32,000 bases of DNA from positions 3,750,001 through 3,782,000 of the forward strand of contig NZ_CP074694.1 of the NCBI RefSeq assembly GCF_018398935.1. Direction: 5' to 3'. Positions 1 to 9,500 of this stretch are shown piece after piece (position 1 is the stretch's first letter; every line of letters starts with the position of its first letter). A program made the position numbers and the translations under genes. The notes beneath the pieces are model-generated. The model was not told where the DNA came from. It made no database searches and worked only from the letters and a program-made list of their open reading frames with translations. Source of the stretch: Telmatocola sphagniphila. GTDB lineage: Bacteria; Planctomycetota; Planctomycetia; Gemmatales; Gemmataceae.

Positions 1-1050
1 CCGCTTTACGATTGGCACATTTCTCAAAAAGCCCGCATGGTCCCTTTTGGGGGCTGGGATATGCCCGTGCAGTATAAGGGCGTGATGGACGAGCACAAAG
101 CCGTCCGAAACTCCGCGGGAATGTTCGATGTTTCGCACATGGCCCGCTTCAGCTTCGGCGGGCCGGATGCACTTGCGCTGATCGACGAAATTTTCACCAA
201 TTCCGCCGCCGGGATGAAGGATTTCCAGGTCCGTTATGGCCTGGTCTGCAACGAATCGGGCGGTATGCTTGATGACATTCTGGTTTATCGCTGGCCGTAC
301 GGTTGGGCGATGGTCGTAAATGCCTCGAATCGAATCAAAATTCTCGACTGGTTGAATGCTAAAAAGGGCGATCGCAACGTCACCATTCAGGATCAGACCT
401 TGGCGACCTGTATGGTGGCCGTGCAGGGTCCGAAAGCGGTCGAATTGTGCAAAGAGATGTTTGCCGATCCGATCGAGGATCTCAAATATTATTACGCTCG
501 TCCAACTAAGTATCTGGGCCAAAACTGCGTGGTGAGTCGGACCGGTTACACCGGCGAAGACGGCATCGAGATCATGGTCGGCGCGGCCCAGGCCAACACG
601 CTGGCGGACGCCCTATTGGCCAAAGGGGTCGTGCCTTGCGGACTGGGTTGTCGCGACACCCTCCGGCTCGAAGCGGCCATGCCGCTGTATGGGCACGAAT
701 TGAACGAAACGACCGATCCACTTTCGGCTGGGCTGTCCTGGGCCGTGAAACTGGAAAAACCGAGCTTCATCGGCAAAGAAGCTTTGGCTCAGAAAAAAGC
801 AGCCGGTCTTCCGGCCGTGCGAATGGGCCTGGAAATCGAAGGGAAACGGGCCGCCCGCGAAGGTTGCCCGGTGCTGATTGCGGGGAAACAAGTCGGCGTT
901 ATCACCAGCGGCAGTTTTTCACCCACTTTGGAAAAATCGATCGCCATGGCCATGCTTCCCGCAGGCACAACTTCCTGCGAAGTCGATATTCGAGGTACCA
1001 TTACCCCGGCCAAGGTCGTACCTTTACCCTTCTACAAACGAGCGAAATAA
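1..1050 (+). CDS. gcvT: Glycine cleavage system T protein (aminomethyltransferase), 5'-truncated by window edge
   Basis: Frame 1 is open from base 1 ([25 protein letters not shown]...), matching the canonical GcvT N-terminus, so the true start lies upstream. The ORF track gives 37..1050. gcvH and the gcvP genes follow. Confidence 0.95.
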   Translation, partial: PLYDWHISQKARMVPFGGWDMPVQYKGVMDEHKAVRNSAGMFDVSHMARFSFGGPDALALIDEIFTNSAAGMKDFQVRYGLVCNESGGMLDDILVYRWPYGWAMVVNASNRIKILDWLNAKKGDRNVTIQDQTLATCMVAVQGPKAVELCKEMFADPIEDLKYYYARPTKYLGQNCVVSRTGYTGEDGIEIMVGAAQANTLADALLAKGVVPCGLGCRDTLRLEAAMPLYGHELNETTDPLSAGLSWAVKLEKPSFIGKEALAQKKAAGLPAVRMGLEIEGKRAAREGCPVLIAGKQVGVITSGSFSPTLEKSIAMAMLPAGTTSCEVDIRGTITPAKVVPLPFYKRAK

Positions 1051-1075
1051 TCCGCCATTTGGGAGTCATTTGAAT

Positions 1076-1462
1076 ATGGATTTGAATACCCTGCATTATG
1101 CAAAATCCCACGAGTGGGCTCACGTCGAAGGGGATATCTGCACCGTCGGAATCACCCAGCATGCCGTCGATCTCTTGACCGATATTATTCACCTGGAACT
1201 CCCCAAAGTCGGCGCTGCCGTGAAGGCGGAAACCCGTTTTGGTGAAGTCGAGTCCGTAAAATCGGTTAATGAGCTGATCGCCCCTCTGAGCGGCACGGTT
1301 ATCGAAGTAAACGACAAGGCGGCCAAGGATACTTCTCTAGTCAATTCCGACCCCTACGGGGCCGGCTGGTTGATTAAAATTAAACTGGCTCCGGACGCCG
1401 CCAAGAGTCATCTGATGGATCTAAAGAAATACGAAGACTATTGTGCTCACGAAGGCCACTAG
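1076..1462 (+). CDS. gcvH: Glycine cleavage system H protein (lipoyl carrier)
   Basis: ATG at 1076 lies inside track ORF 878..1462. The product MDLNTLHYAKSHEWAHVEGDICTVGIT... carries the lipoyl-lysine motif EVESVKSV. It starts 25 bp after the gcvT stop. Confidence 0.95.
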   Translation: MDLNTLHYAKSHEWAHVEGDICTVGITQHAVDLLTDIIHLELPKVGAAVKAETRFGEVESVKSVNELIAPLSGTVIEVNDKAAKDTSLVNSDPYGAGWLIKIKLAPDAAKSHLMDLKKYEDYCAHEGH

Positions 1463-1478
1463 AATTTTGGGAAACTGA

Positions 1479-2870
1479 TTGGGAGCGAATTCCTTGGCGT
1501 ACATATTGAACACGGCGGACGATCAGAAAGCGATGCTGGCGAAGATCGGCATCCATTCCCTCGAGGAACTATGGGAATCGATACCCGCCGAATTGCGGTT
1601 GAACCGAGCGCTGAACATTCCGACCGCGATGAGCGAGATCGAACTGACCCAGCATTTCAGCAAACTGGCGAACCGTAACCGGGCCGCCGGTGAAGCCGTC
1701 TGCTTCCTCGGCGGCGGGGCCTACGATCACTTCATTCCCTCGGTCGTCGATGCCATCAGCGGCCGCAGCGAATTCTACACGGCCTACACCCCTTATCAGG
1801 CCGAGGCCAGTCAGGGAACGCTCCAAGCCGTTTTTGAATTTCAGACGCTCATGGCCGAGCTGAGCGGTATGGATGTTTCCAACGCCAGCATGTACGAAGG
1901 CGGCAGCAGCCTCGCCGAGGCCGTACTGATGGCCATGAGCATAGCCGAACGCCGGGGCGAAATTCTGATCGCCGAGAGCGTTCATCCCGAATATCTGGCG
2001 ACGTTGAAAACCTACCTGGCCAATTTGCACTGCGATGTACGCGTGCTGCCGACGCCAGGTGGTTTCCTAGATCCTGAACTGTTGAAAAAAGAAATCAATT
2101 CGAACTGCATCGCCGTGGCGATCCAGTCGCCGAACTTCTTCGGGCATCTCGAGGAAGTCGAAGCGATCGCCGAGATTGCCCGACAGAACAAAGTGATTTC
2201 GATTCAAAGCTTCGATCCCATTTCGCTGGGCATACTCAAACGTCCCGGCGACTACGGCGTGGATATTGCCGTGGCTGAAGGTCAATCGCTCGGGACACCC
2301 CTAGGCTATGGTGGTCCATACCTGGGCATTCTCACCTGTCGACAGGAATACGTTCGCAAAATCCCCGGCCGCCTGGTGGGCCAGACAACCGACCGCAACG
2401 GTAACCGCTGCTGGGTGTTGACGCTGCAAACTCGCGAGCAACACATTCGCCGGGATAAAGCCACCAGTAACATCTGCACCAACCAGGGCTTGTATGCTTT
2501 GCGAGCCGCCGTCTACCTGTCGGCTCTGGGACCAAAAGGATTGAAGGAAACGGCCGAGCTTTGCCTACGCAAAGCCCACTACGCCGCCAGCCAGCTTACA
2601 GGGATTTCGGGCGTCGAGATGAAATTCAATCGCCCGTTCTTCAAAGAGTTCACCGTGAAGGTTCCTGGGGATGTGAAGAGCTTGCTCTCCACCCTTCAGG
2701 ACGATGGCTATTTTGCCGGGTTGCAAACAGGTCGTTGGTATCCCGAGCTCAGCGACTGCTTAACGGTGGCCGTGACGGAGAAGCGAACCCGGGCCGAGAT
2801 CGACGGTTTGGCCGGTTTGCTGAAAAGCACCCTGAGCGCCAACCCGAGCGGTAAGAAGCAAAAAGCCTGA
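1479..2870 (+). CDS. gcvPA: Glycine dehydrogenase (decarboxylating) subunit 1
   Basis: The 463-aa ORF carries typical GcvPA blocks (SEFYTAYTPYQAEASQGTLQAVFEFQT, TREQHIRRDKATSNICTNQ). The start is a TTG at 1479, with an in-frame TTG alternative at 1494, so the start is uncertain. Confidence 0.93.
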   Translation: MGANSLAYILNTADDQKAMLAKIGIHSLEELWESIPAELRLNRALNIPTAMSEIELTQHFSKLANRNRAAGEAVCFLGGGAYDHFIPSVVDAISGRSEFYTAYTPYQAEASQGTLQAVFEFQTLMAELSGMDVSNASMYEGGSSLAEAVLMAMSIAERRGEILIAESVHPEYLATLKTYLANLHCDVRVLPTPGGFLDPELLKKEINSNCIAVAIQSPNFFGHLEEVEAIAEIARQNKVISIQSFDPISLGILKRPGDYGVDIAVAEGQSLGTPLGYGGPYLGILTCRQEYVRKIPGRLVGQTTDRNGNRCWVLTLQTREQHIRRDKATSNICTNQGLYALRAAVYLSALGPKGLKETAELCLRKAHYAASQLTGISGVEMKFNRPFFKEFTVKVPGDVKSLLSTLQDDGYFAGLQTGRWYPELSDCLTVAVTEKRTRAEIDGLAGLLKSTLSANPSGKKQKA

Positions 2871-2884
2871 GTGCGGAGGCAGCT

Positions 2885-3679
2885 ATGCCGTCACCATTCC
2901 CGGGTATGGATCCGTGGCTGGAAAGATCGATGATCTTTCCAGATCTGCACAATCGACTAATTATCGGATTGAGTGAAGTACTGAACCCTTTACTCCAGCC
3001 GAATTATTTTGCGATTAGTGCCAACCGGGTTTGGATTGAAACAGGCAAGACCCGCGAACCGGATATCAGCGTTTACCACGATGATCGAGCGACTGAAAAT
3101 CAACAACCGAATGCTTTATCGGCGACAAGCTTGGTGGAATCTGGGCTGTTGATGTTGGATGCCGAGGAAGAAGAAACGCGGGAGGAGATGTATCTCGAAA
3201 TTCGCTCGGGAGATGGTGATCGACTGGTTACTGCAGTCGAGATCCTGAGTCTTGCGAATAAATCGTCCCCCGCTGGGCGAGCGGAGTACCAGAAAAAGCA
3301 GAAAGAATATCTTCGGGGTGGAGTGAATCTGGTGGAGATCGACTTACTCCGGGGTGGGATACACACGACTTTCGTGTCGAAGAACCAGCTCGGCAAACAT
3401 GCCGTTTGCGATTACCACCTATGCATTACCCTGGCGAGCGGCGAGAAGTGCTATGTGACACCGATTCGACTCGAAGATCGCTTGCCACCGGTTTATATTC
3501 CGCTGGAAGATACGGTGAAACCGGTCAGAGTGGAATTACAACCGATCTTTGATCGGTGCTACGATGCGATGCCTTACGCAAGACTGGCGAAGTATGCAGA
3601 ACAATATCCCGATCCGCCTTTGTCGGCCGAGCAGAGAACTTGGGCGCATCGGATTCTGGAGGAGAGTCGACTCCTCTAG
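2885..3679 (+). CDS. DUF4058-like protein (putative PD-(D/E)XK / Uma2-like nuclease fold)
   Basis: The N-terminus MPSPFPGMDPWLE...FPDLHNRLI is the hallmark I recall for DUF4058. Nuclease-like motifs EPDISVY and AVEILSLANK are visible. A GGAGG lies 6 nt upstream of the ATG. The gene sits 14 bp after the gcvPA stop and 68 bp before the gcvPB start. Confidence 0.75.
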   Translation: MPSPFPGMDPWLERSMIFPDLHNRLIIGLSEVLNPLLQPNYFAISANRVWIETGKTREPDISVYHDDRATENQQPNALSATSLVESGLLMLDAEEEETREEMYLEIRSGDGDRLVTAVEILSLANKSSPAGRAEYQKKQKEYLRGGVNLVEIDLLRGGIHTTFVSKNQLGKHAVCDYHLCITLASGEKCYVTPIRLEDRLPPVYIPLEDTVKPVRVELQPIFDRCYDAMPYARLAKYAEQYPDPPLSAEQRTWAHRILEESRLL

Positions 3680-3747
3680 GTGTTTTCTGACCGCGGATGT
3701 GATTGCTGATTGCTCAAAACGGAACGACGATACTTAAGAAACTGACA

Positions 3748-5211
3748 ATGAATAATACCCAATCTACCGAACTTTTATTCGAACTTTCCAAGAGCGGCCG
3801 GCGTTGCCATATGCTGCCGGCAAGCGATGTGCCGGATGCCGGAAAGATCTCGGATATGATCCCTGGCAAATATCTGAAAGAGACCCCTCCGCCGTTGCCC
3901 GAGTTGGGGGAAATCGAAGTGATCCGGCACTTCACCAATCTCTCGACACGCAATATGTGCATTGACACCAACTTTTATCCGTTGGGTTCCTGCACCATGA
4001 AGTACAACCCCAAACGGCACGAACGACTGGCCGCCAATCCGAATTTTTCCGGACTACATCCGCTGCAGGACGATGCGTCCACCCAGGGCATGCTCGAAGT
4101 CCTCTGGGAAATGCAGAACTTTCTGAGCGAGATTTCTGGCCTTCCCGCGGTTTCTCTGCAACCCGCCGCTGGAGCGCAAGGCGAACTCACGGCCTTGTTC
4201 GTCGCGGCCGCTTACTTCCGCGACAAGGGACAGACCCATCGCCGCAAGGTGCTTGTACCCGACTCGGCCCATGGCACCAATCCCGCCAGTGCCGCACTGG
4301 CCGGGTTTGAAACGGTGACCATCAAGAGCGATGCCAACGGCCTCGTAGACCTGGAAGATCTCAAATCGAAAATCGACGAGCAGACCGCCGTGTTCATGAT
4401 CACCAATCCGAACACGATTGGTCTGTTCGAGAAGCAGATTCGTCAGATCACCGATCTCCTGCACGCTCACGGCGGATTGGTCTATCTCGATGGCGCGAAC
4501 ATGAATGCAATTCTCGGAATCACCCGGCCGGGCGATTTCGGGGCCGACATGCAGCACTACAACGTGCACAAAACTTTTACCGGTCCTCACGGCGGCGGCG
4601 GCCCGGGTTCCGGTCCGATCGCTGTGCGAGATTTCCTGGCCCCTTATTTGCCTGTACCGATAGTGGTGAAAAAAGGCGATCAATTCGCTCTGGAATTCGA
4701 TCGCCCCAAGACCATCGGCCGGGTGCGCTCGTTCTTCGGAACCATCGGAATTCTGCTCCGTGGCTGGGCCTACATTCGTACACTGGGCCCCGACGGGTTG
4801 AAGGCCGTGAGCGAGCACGCCGTGCTGAACGCGAACTATCTGCTGGCTTTGCTGAAGGATAAATACGAAGTGCCGCACGGCACCCGGTGCATGCACGAAT
4901 TCGTGGCCAGTGCCAAGGCTCTCCGCCGCGAAAAGAAGATCAGCGCGATGGATATTTGCAAGCGACTGCTCGATCACGGTTTCCACGCCCCGACGGTTTA
5001 CTTCCCGTTGGTGGTGGCCGAGGCTCTGATGATGGAGCCGACGGAAACTGAAAACAAAGAGACACTGGACGCTTTTGCGAAAGCCTTGATTTCCATTGTG
5101 GAGGAAGACGCCGCCTACCTGCAGAAGGCCCCGCATACATTGAACATCAGCCGGCCCGATGAAGTGAAGGCGGCCAAGACGCCGATTCTGAAGTGGGCGC
5201 CTACTGCGTGA
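3748..5211 (+). CDS. gcvPB: Glycine dehydrogenase (decarboxylating) subunit 2
   Basis: The ATG at 3748 (MNNTQSTELLFELSKSGRR...) lies inside track ORF 3703..5211. The PLP-lysine block HYNVHKTFTGPHGGGGPG is typical of GcvPB. Confidence 0.95.
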   Translation: MNNTQSTELLFELSKSGRRCHMLPASDVPDAGKISDMIPGKYLKETPPPLPELGEIEVIRHFTNLSTRNMCIDTNFYPLGSCTMKYNPKRHERLAANPNFSGLHPLQDDASTQGMLEVLWEMQNFLSEISGLPAVSLQPAAGAQGELTALFVAAAYFRDKGQTHRRKVLVPDSAHGTNPASAALAGFETVTIKSDANGLVDLEDLKSKIDEQTAVFMITNPNTIGLFEKQIRQITDLLHAHGGLVYLDGANMNAILGITRPGDFGADMQHYNVHKTFTGPHGGGGPGSGPIAVRDFLAPYLPVPIVVKKGDQFALEFDRPKTIGRVRSFFGTIGILLRGWAYIRTLGPDGLKAVSEHAVLNANYLLALLKDKYEVPHGTRCMHEFVASAKALRREKKISAMDICKRLLDHGFHAPTVYFPLVVAEALMMEPTETENKETLDAFAKALISIVEEDAAYLQKAPHTLNISRPDEVKAAKTPILKWAPTA

Positions 5212-5243
5212 TGTCAGGTTAGTAACGGGATGGAAATCACACG

Positions 5244-5274
5244 CTGCGGGTAGTATCTTCCCGCAGTTTTTTTT
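5244..5274 (+). terminator. Rho-independent terminator of the gcv operon
   Basis: The stem CTGCGGG (5244-5250) pairs with CCCGCAG (5260-5266) around a 9-nt loop. A T8 run follows at 5267-5274, about 30 nt after the gcvPB stop. Confidence 0.85.
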
Positions 5275-5681
5275 GCGAAAGTGCTGCCACTAACAACCCG
5301 CTATCGATCACTCTAAGTCATTACCAAACAATGGCTTGGGTGGCACTGGCTATCTGACAGTGCGTTAGAGAAAGAGCACGGGAAAAATCTGAAATCTCAA
5401 CCCAGAATCTCGTGAGAGCTAGTATGTAAAATGGCAGGGTGGTCAAAAGAAAGACAGTGGTTGCGAATACGCAATGGCAGATGGCAGATGCTACCCCGTC
5501 GCGGAGCGCGTCAGAAAGACCGGCGAGTTACCTGAAACGGTCGCCCTGCTTTCGACTGTTCCCGATTCCGATTTAGTGGCGGTGAATTTCGGGAGTAAAA
5601 ACCCAGATCCGAAGCCGGGAACCAGAGCGGCCCCCACTACCAGTCCTTCCAAATAACGACCATCAACGAAGTGTCTCCACT

Positions 5682-6266
5682 TTGAGCTGCGGTTTCGACA
5701 AGTCTGGGAATTTCTATCCCTGGGATAATCTGCAATATCTCGAAGATAGGAATTTGGAGGAGTATTCTGACAAAATGATTCGGGCTACACCTTTTTTGAA
5801 CAGCTGGAAAGTTCCCCGAGTCCGATTTATGAAGCGAAAATGGAGATGTGACCTACTCGAACTTTATCCGAATTATGTTGTCAACCAAAAGGCTCGAGAG
5901 GCATTCGAATCTCTATTGGGAAACACGGTCGAATATTTGGATGTGAAATGTTCGAAACCGCACGATCTCTAGATGATTCGCCCGCTCGTGCACGTAGAGT
6001 TTGGGCCATGAGCGGTGCACAACACGCAGGTGGATGATAATATCACCAGAATTTCAAAGTACGATTTCTTGCCGGAAGAAATTGAAGGAATTCCAATTTT
6101 TGGTGTGAGGCAGGCTAAAAATTCCTCGGCCCGGAAAGCGGGAATTTGCTAGGGCCCTTATTACTGTAGCCAGGAATTCATCCAGTGCTACCGAGAGCAC
6201 GATCTGCAAGGATTGGTTTTTGAAGAGATCTTCTCCTATCCTCGGCCGACAGTTGCTGAGGAATAG
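5682..6266 (+). pseudogene. Decayed Imm11/DUF1629-like (polymorphic-toxin immunity-type) gene with three in-frame stops
   Basis: One reading frame runs 5682..6266. It is broken by TAG 5970-5972, TGA 6009-6011 and TAG 6150-6152, and ends at TAG 6264-6266. The conceptual product (...YPNYVVNQKAREAFESLLGNTVEYLDV...ITRISKYDFLPEEIEGIPIFG...YYCSQEFIQCYREHDLQGLVFEEI) resembles DUF1629/Imm11 proteins from memory. The family call is unverified. Confidence 0.45.
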
Positions 6267-6574
6267 AGTCTAAAAATGCAATACTTCGAAGGCTGCGGAA
6301 AAGTGTTGTTGGGGCGATCGGCTGGCAATGCTTAAACCATGTTTCGCAGCCAAAATATAAATATATTCTTAAATTAATTGGCATTGCTGCCCTTGCAAAT
6401 ACCTACATATTTAATCCTCATTGTTTAGAATTACAGATATACCTCTGAACATTTTACCCAATCGTAAAATACTACCTATTTTCATTTGACATCCCAACTC
6501 GGATTGTTACGTTAAACGCAACTTCCAATAGCCCAATTTCGCTTTAATTTGTTTCATTTTTGAGCTGCACAAAT

Positions 6575-9500
6575 ATGTTTCAGTTCAGACCACCTCTTTT
6601 TCGCAGGTTGATCGCCTGCACACTACTCTTGGCCCTCAACGCGAGCTTGAGTCGCGCATCCGACTATTCCTGGTCCGGCCCCGGTGGTGCCGGCGGTCTC
6701 AACGGCAACTGGAATTTATCGACCAACTGGACGAGTTCCAACGGCGGCGTCAGCTATCCCCTGGCAGGAGACAACGCGCTTTTAGGATTCCTGGGTACCA
6801 CTTACACGGTCACTATCAGCGACACCGAAGCCGTCAACAATCTGACTATCGCCTCCGGAGCGATCGGAGCCTTGGGGAATCTCTCGCAAACCAGCGGATC
6901 CGCATTTACACTTTATGGAACTTTCACAAACAACTCCGGATACAGCAATACGGGCGGCTCGTTCACTTTAGCAAGTGGTGCCGCTTACCTGGGGCAAAGC
7001 GGCTCCTCCTTTACGCTCAATAACGGCTCGACGCTCACCATCAACACCGGTGCCAGCTACACTCTCAACTCAGGCTCTTCCGCCACCATCAATTCGGGAG
7101 CCAATTACAACCTGAACGGTGGAGCTGTCACTACCAATATCGATCTCAATTTCAGTTCGGGTTCGACCTTTAACTTTACAGCCGGTACTCTCGCCGCTCC
7201 CAGTTCGACGGTTGCCATTTCGGGCACCTTCACTTGGTCTGGGGGCACGTTCCAGTCGGGCACCATTAACGCCTATGCCGGCGGCGCACTTAGTGGCTCC
7301 TCGAATTATCTCAACGGGGCAGCCTTAACACTCTACTCTTCGAGCACTTTGGCGGGCTCTCTCAATATCGACAACGGCAGCGTCCTCACCTTCGGTTCGG
7401 GTTCTACCGTCACGACCACCAGTGGAATTTCCATCAGCCGAAGTAGCAATGTCGGAACGGCCACAATCTCAAACGCCGGCTTTTTCGTGAATAATCTCAC
7501 GTCCGGTTCCAGTTCCATCGGAGCTAACATCACCTTCAACAACACCGGTACGATACAACTTTTGTCGGGTAGCCTGACTCAGAATGGGAATGGTACCAAC
7601 AGTGGAACGTGGACACTCAATGGTGGTTCGCTGACACTGCAACCCCTAGCCTCCTACACCCTGGGGTCCGGCACGAATATTACACTCGACAACGGTTCGA
7701 TACTATCGACCACTCTCGGAGCTACGCTGTCCACCAATGCCGGCGTAAATATCAGCCGATCCAATGGAACGGGTTCGGGAACGTTTTCGAACGCGGGAAC
7801 TTTCATCAACGATTCGAATACATCCAACAGTAATATCCAGTCCAATGTGACCTTCAATAACACCGGCACCGTTCAAGCCAATTCCGGGATCCTTCTGATC
7901 AACGCCAACGGTACTAACACCGGATCTTTCCTACTTAACGGCGGGACACTGAGTATCGAATCGGCCTCCAATTACACCTTCGGCTCCGGAGCGGCTATCA
8001 GTTATGGAACCGCCAATTCCGGGGTCTTTCAAGTCAACAGTGGAACCCTGAACGTGAATGCCAGCGTTCCTTCCGTGAACTTAACTTTCCTCAATGGAAC
8101 GATCCAAGGAACTGGAATTTTCAATGTCAGCGGTCCGGTCAACTGGTACAGCGGAACTTTCGCCGGTTCTGTGACCGTCAACGCCAACGGGGGACTCAAC
8201 ACCAACGCCGGTTCCATGTTCATCAATGCCGCCAGCGTCAATATCGGTGGATCCAGCACCTGGATTGGTACCCTCTACATGGACAACGGAGCCACACTCA
8301 CCAACAACTCCGGTGCCACCATCACCAGCACCGCCGGATTCTCGATCAGTCGCTACAACAGTGTCGGAATCGCCACTTTCCTCAACGCCGGAACCCTCAT
8401 CAACGATTCCAACACCACCAACAGCAATATTCAGTCCAATGTGACCTTCAATAACACCGGTACCGTTCAAGCCAACTCCGGCCTCCTACTTATCAACGCC
8501 AGCGGCACCAGTACCGGAGCTTTCGCCCTCAACGGCGGAACCATCAGCATCGAGTCCGCCTCGATTTACAATTTGAATAGCGGGGCCAGCATCGTTTACG
8601 GGGCTTCCAACACCGGTTCCTTCCAGGTCAACAGCGGCACCCTGAACGTAAATGCCAGCATTCCTTCCGTCAACTTAACTTTCCTCAATGGAACGATTCA
8701 AGGCAGCGGGACTCTTAACGTCAGCGGACCAACCAACTGGAACAGCGGAACTTTCGCTGGTTCTGTGACCGTCAACGCCAACGGCGGACTCAACACCAAC
8801 GCCGGTTCCATGTTCATCAATGCCGCTTCCGTCAACATCGGTGGCTCCAGCACCTGGAACGGCACCATCTACATGGATAACGGAGCCACACTCACCAATA
8901 ACTCCGGTGCCACCATCACCAGCACCGCCGGATTCTCGATCAGTCGCTACAACAGTGTCGGAATCGCCACTTTCCTCAACGCCGGTACCCTTATCAATGA
9001 TTCCAACACTATCAACAGCAACCTCCAAAACAACGTCACTTTCAACAACACCGGTACCCTTCAAGCCAAATCTGGCAGCCTACTCATCAACGCCAGCGGC
9101 GCCAGCACAGGAGCTTTCTCCCTCAACGGCGGAACCATCAGCATCGAATCCGCCTCGACTTACAATTTGAATAGTGGGGCGAGCATCGTTTACGGAGTTT
9201 CCAACTCCGGTGTTTTTCAAGTCAATGGCGGCACGCTGAACGTCAACAGCACCATCTCGGCGGTTAACCTCAAATTCAATTCCGGAACCATTCAAGGCAG
9301 CGGGACTCTTAGCATCAGTGGACCAACCAACTGGTACGGCGGAACTTTCGCCGGCGCTGTGACCGTCAACGCCAACGGCGGACTCAACACCAACGCCGGT
9401 TCCATGTTCGTCAATGCCGCCAGCGTCAATATCGGTGGATCCAGCACCTGGAATGGCACCCTCTACATGGACAACGGAGCCACACTCACCAACAACTCTG

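Noticed and set aside
2867-3697. Direct similarity flanking the DUF4058 gene: CTGAGTGCGGA at 2867-2877 against CTGACCGCGGA at 3687-3697, considered as a possible target duplication.
   Set aside because: It is only a 9/11 match, the left copy overlaps the gcvPA stop codon, and the similarity is within chance expectation for a 32-kb window.
4054-5136. Long antisense ORFs opposite well-supported genes. Examples are 4054..5136 (360 aa), 15037..16122 (361 aa), 27719..28621 (300 aa), 29205..30065 (286 aa), 20892..21599, 26041..26736, 30276..30974 and 9080..9889.
   Set aside because: Each lies entirely inside a strongly motif-supported gene on the other strand. Their translations are R/G/A-rich or low-complexity with no recognisable motifs. 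This is the typical stop-poor antisense frame of GC-biased coding sequence.
5474-5656. A 60-aa ORF (MADGRCYPVAERVRK...) in a locally GC-richer patch just upstream of the immunity-like pseudogene. I considered it as a possible toxin C-terminal remnant or an sRNA.
   Set aside because: It has no recognisable motif, and a stop lies 17 codons upstream of its ATG, so it is not the tail of a longer gene. I could find no convincing RNA structure. It remains unresolved rather than supported.
6178-6384. A 68-aa minus-strand ORF overlapping the tail of the immunity-like pseudogene.
   Set aside because: It has no motifs and lies in AT-rich sequence. The plus-strand frame shows the more protein-like pattern.
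6506-6522. A 17-bp imperfect palindrome (GTTACGTTAAACGCAAC) and a TTGACA-N16-TACGTT promoter-like pair (6486-6513) upstream of the giant gene.
   Set aside because: A palindrome with one mismatched pair of this size is expected about a dozen times by chance in 32 kb. The -10 match is poor, and promoter consensus in this lineage is uncertain.
5681-6568. A shared 10-mer TTTGAGCTGC at the TTG starts of both the pseudogene frame (5681) and the giant-gene track ORF (6559).
   Set aside because: Hundreds of repeated 10-mer pairs are expected by chance in a window of this size, and there is no extended similarity around them.
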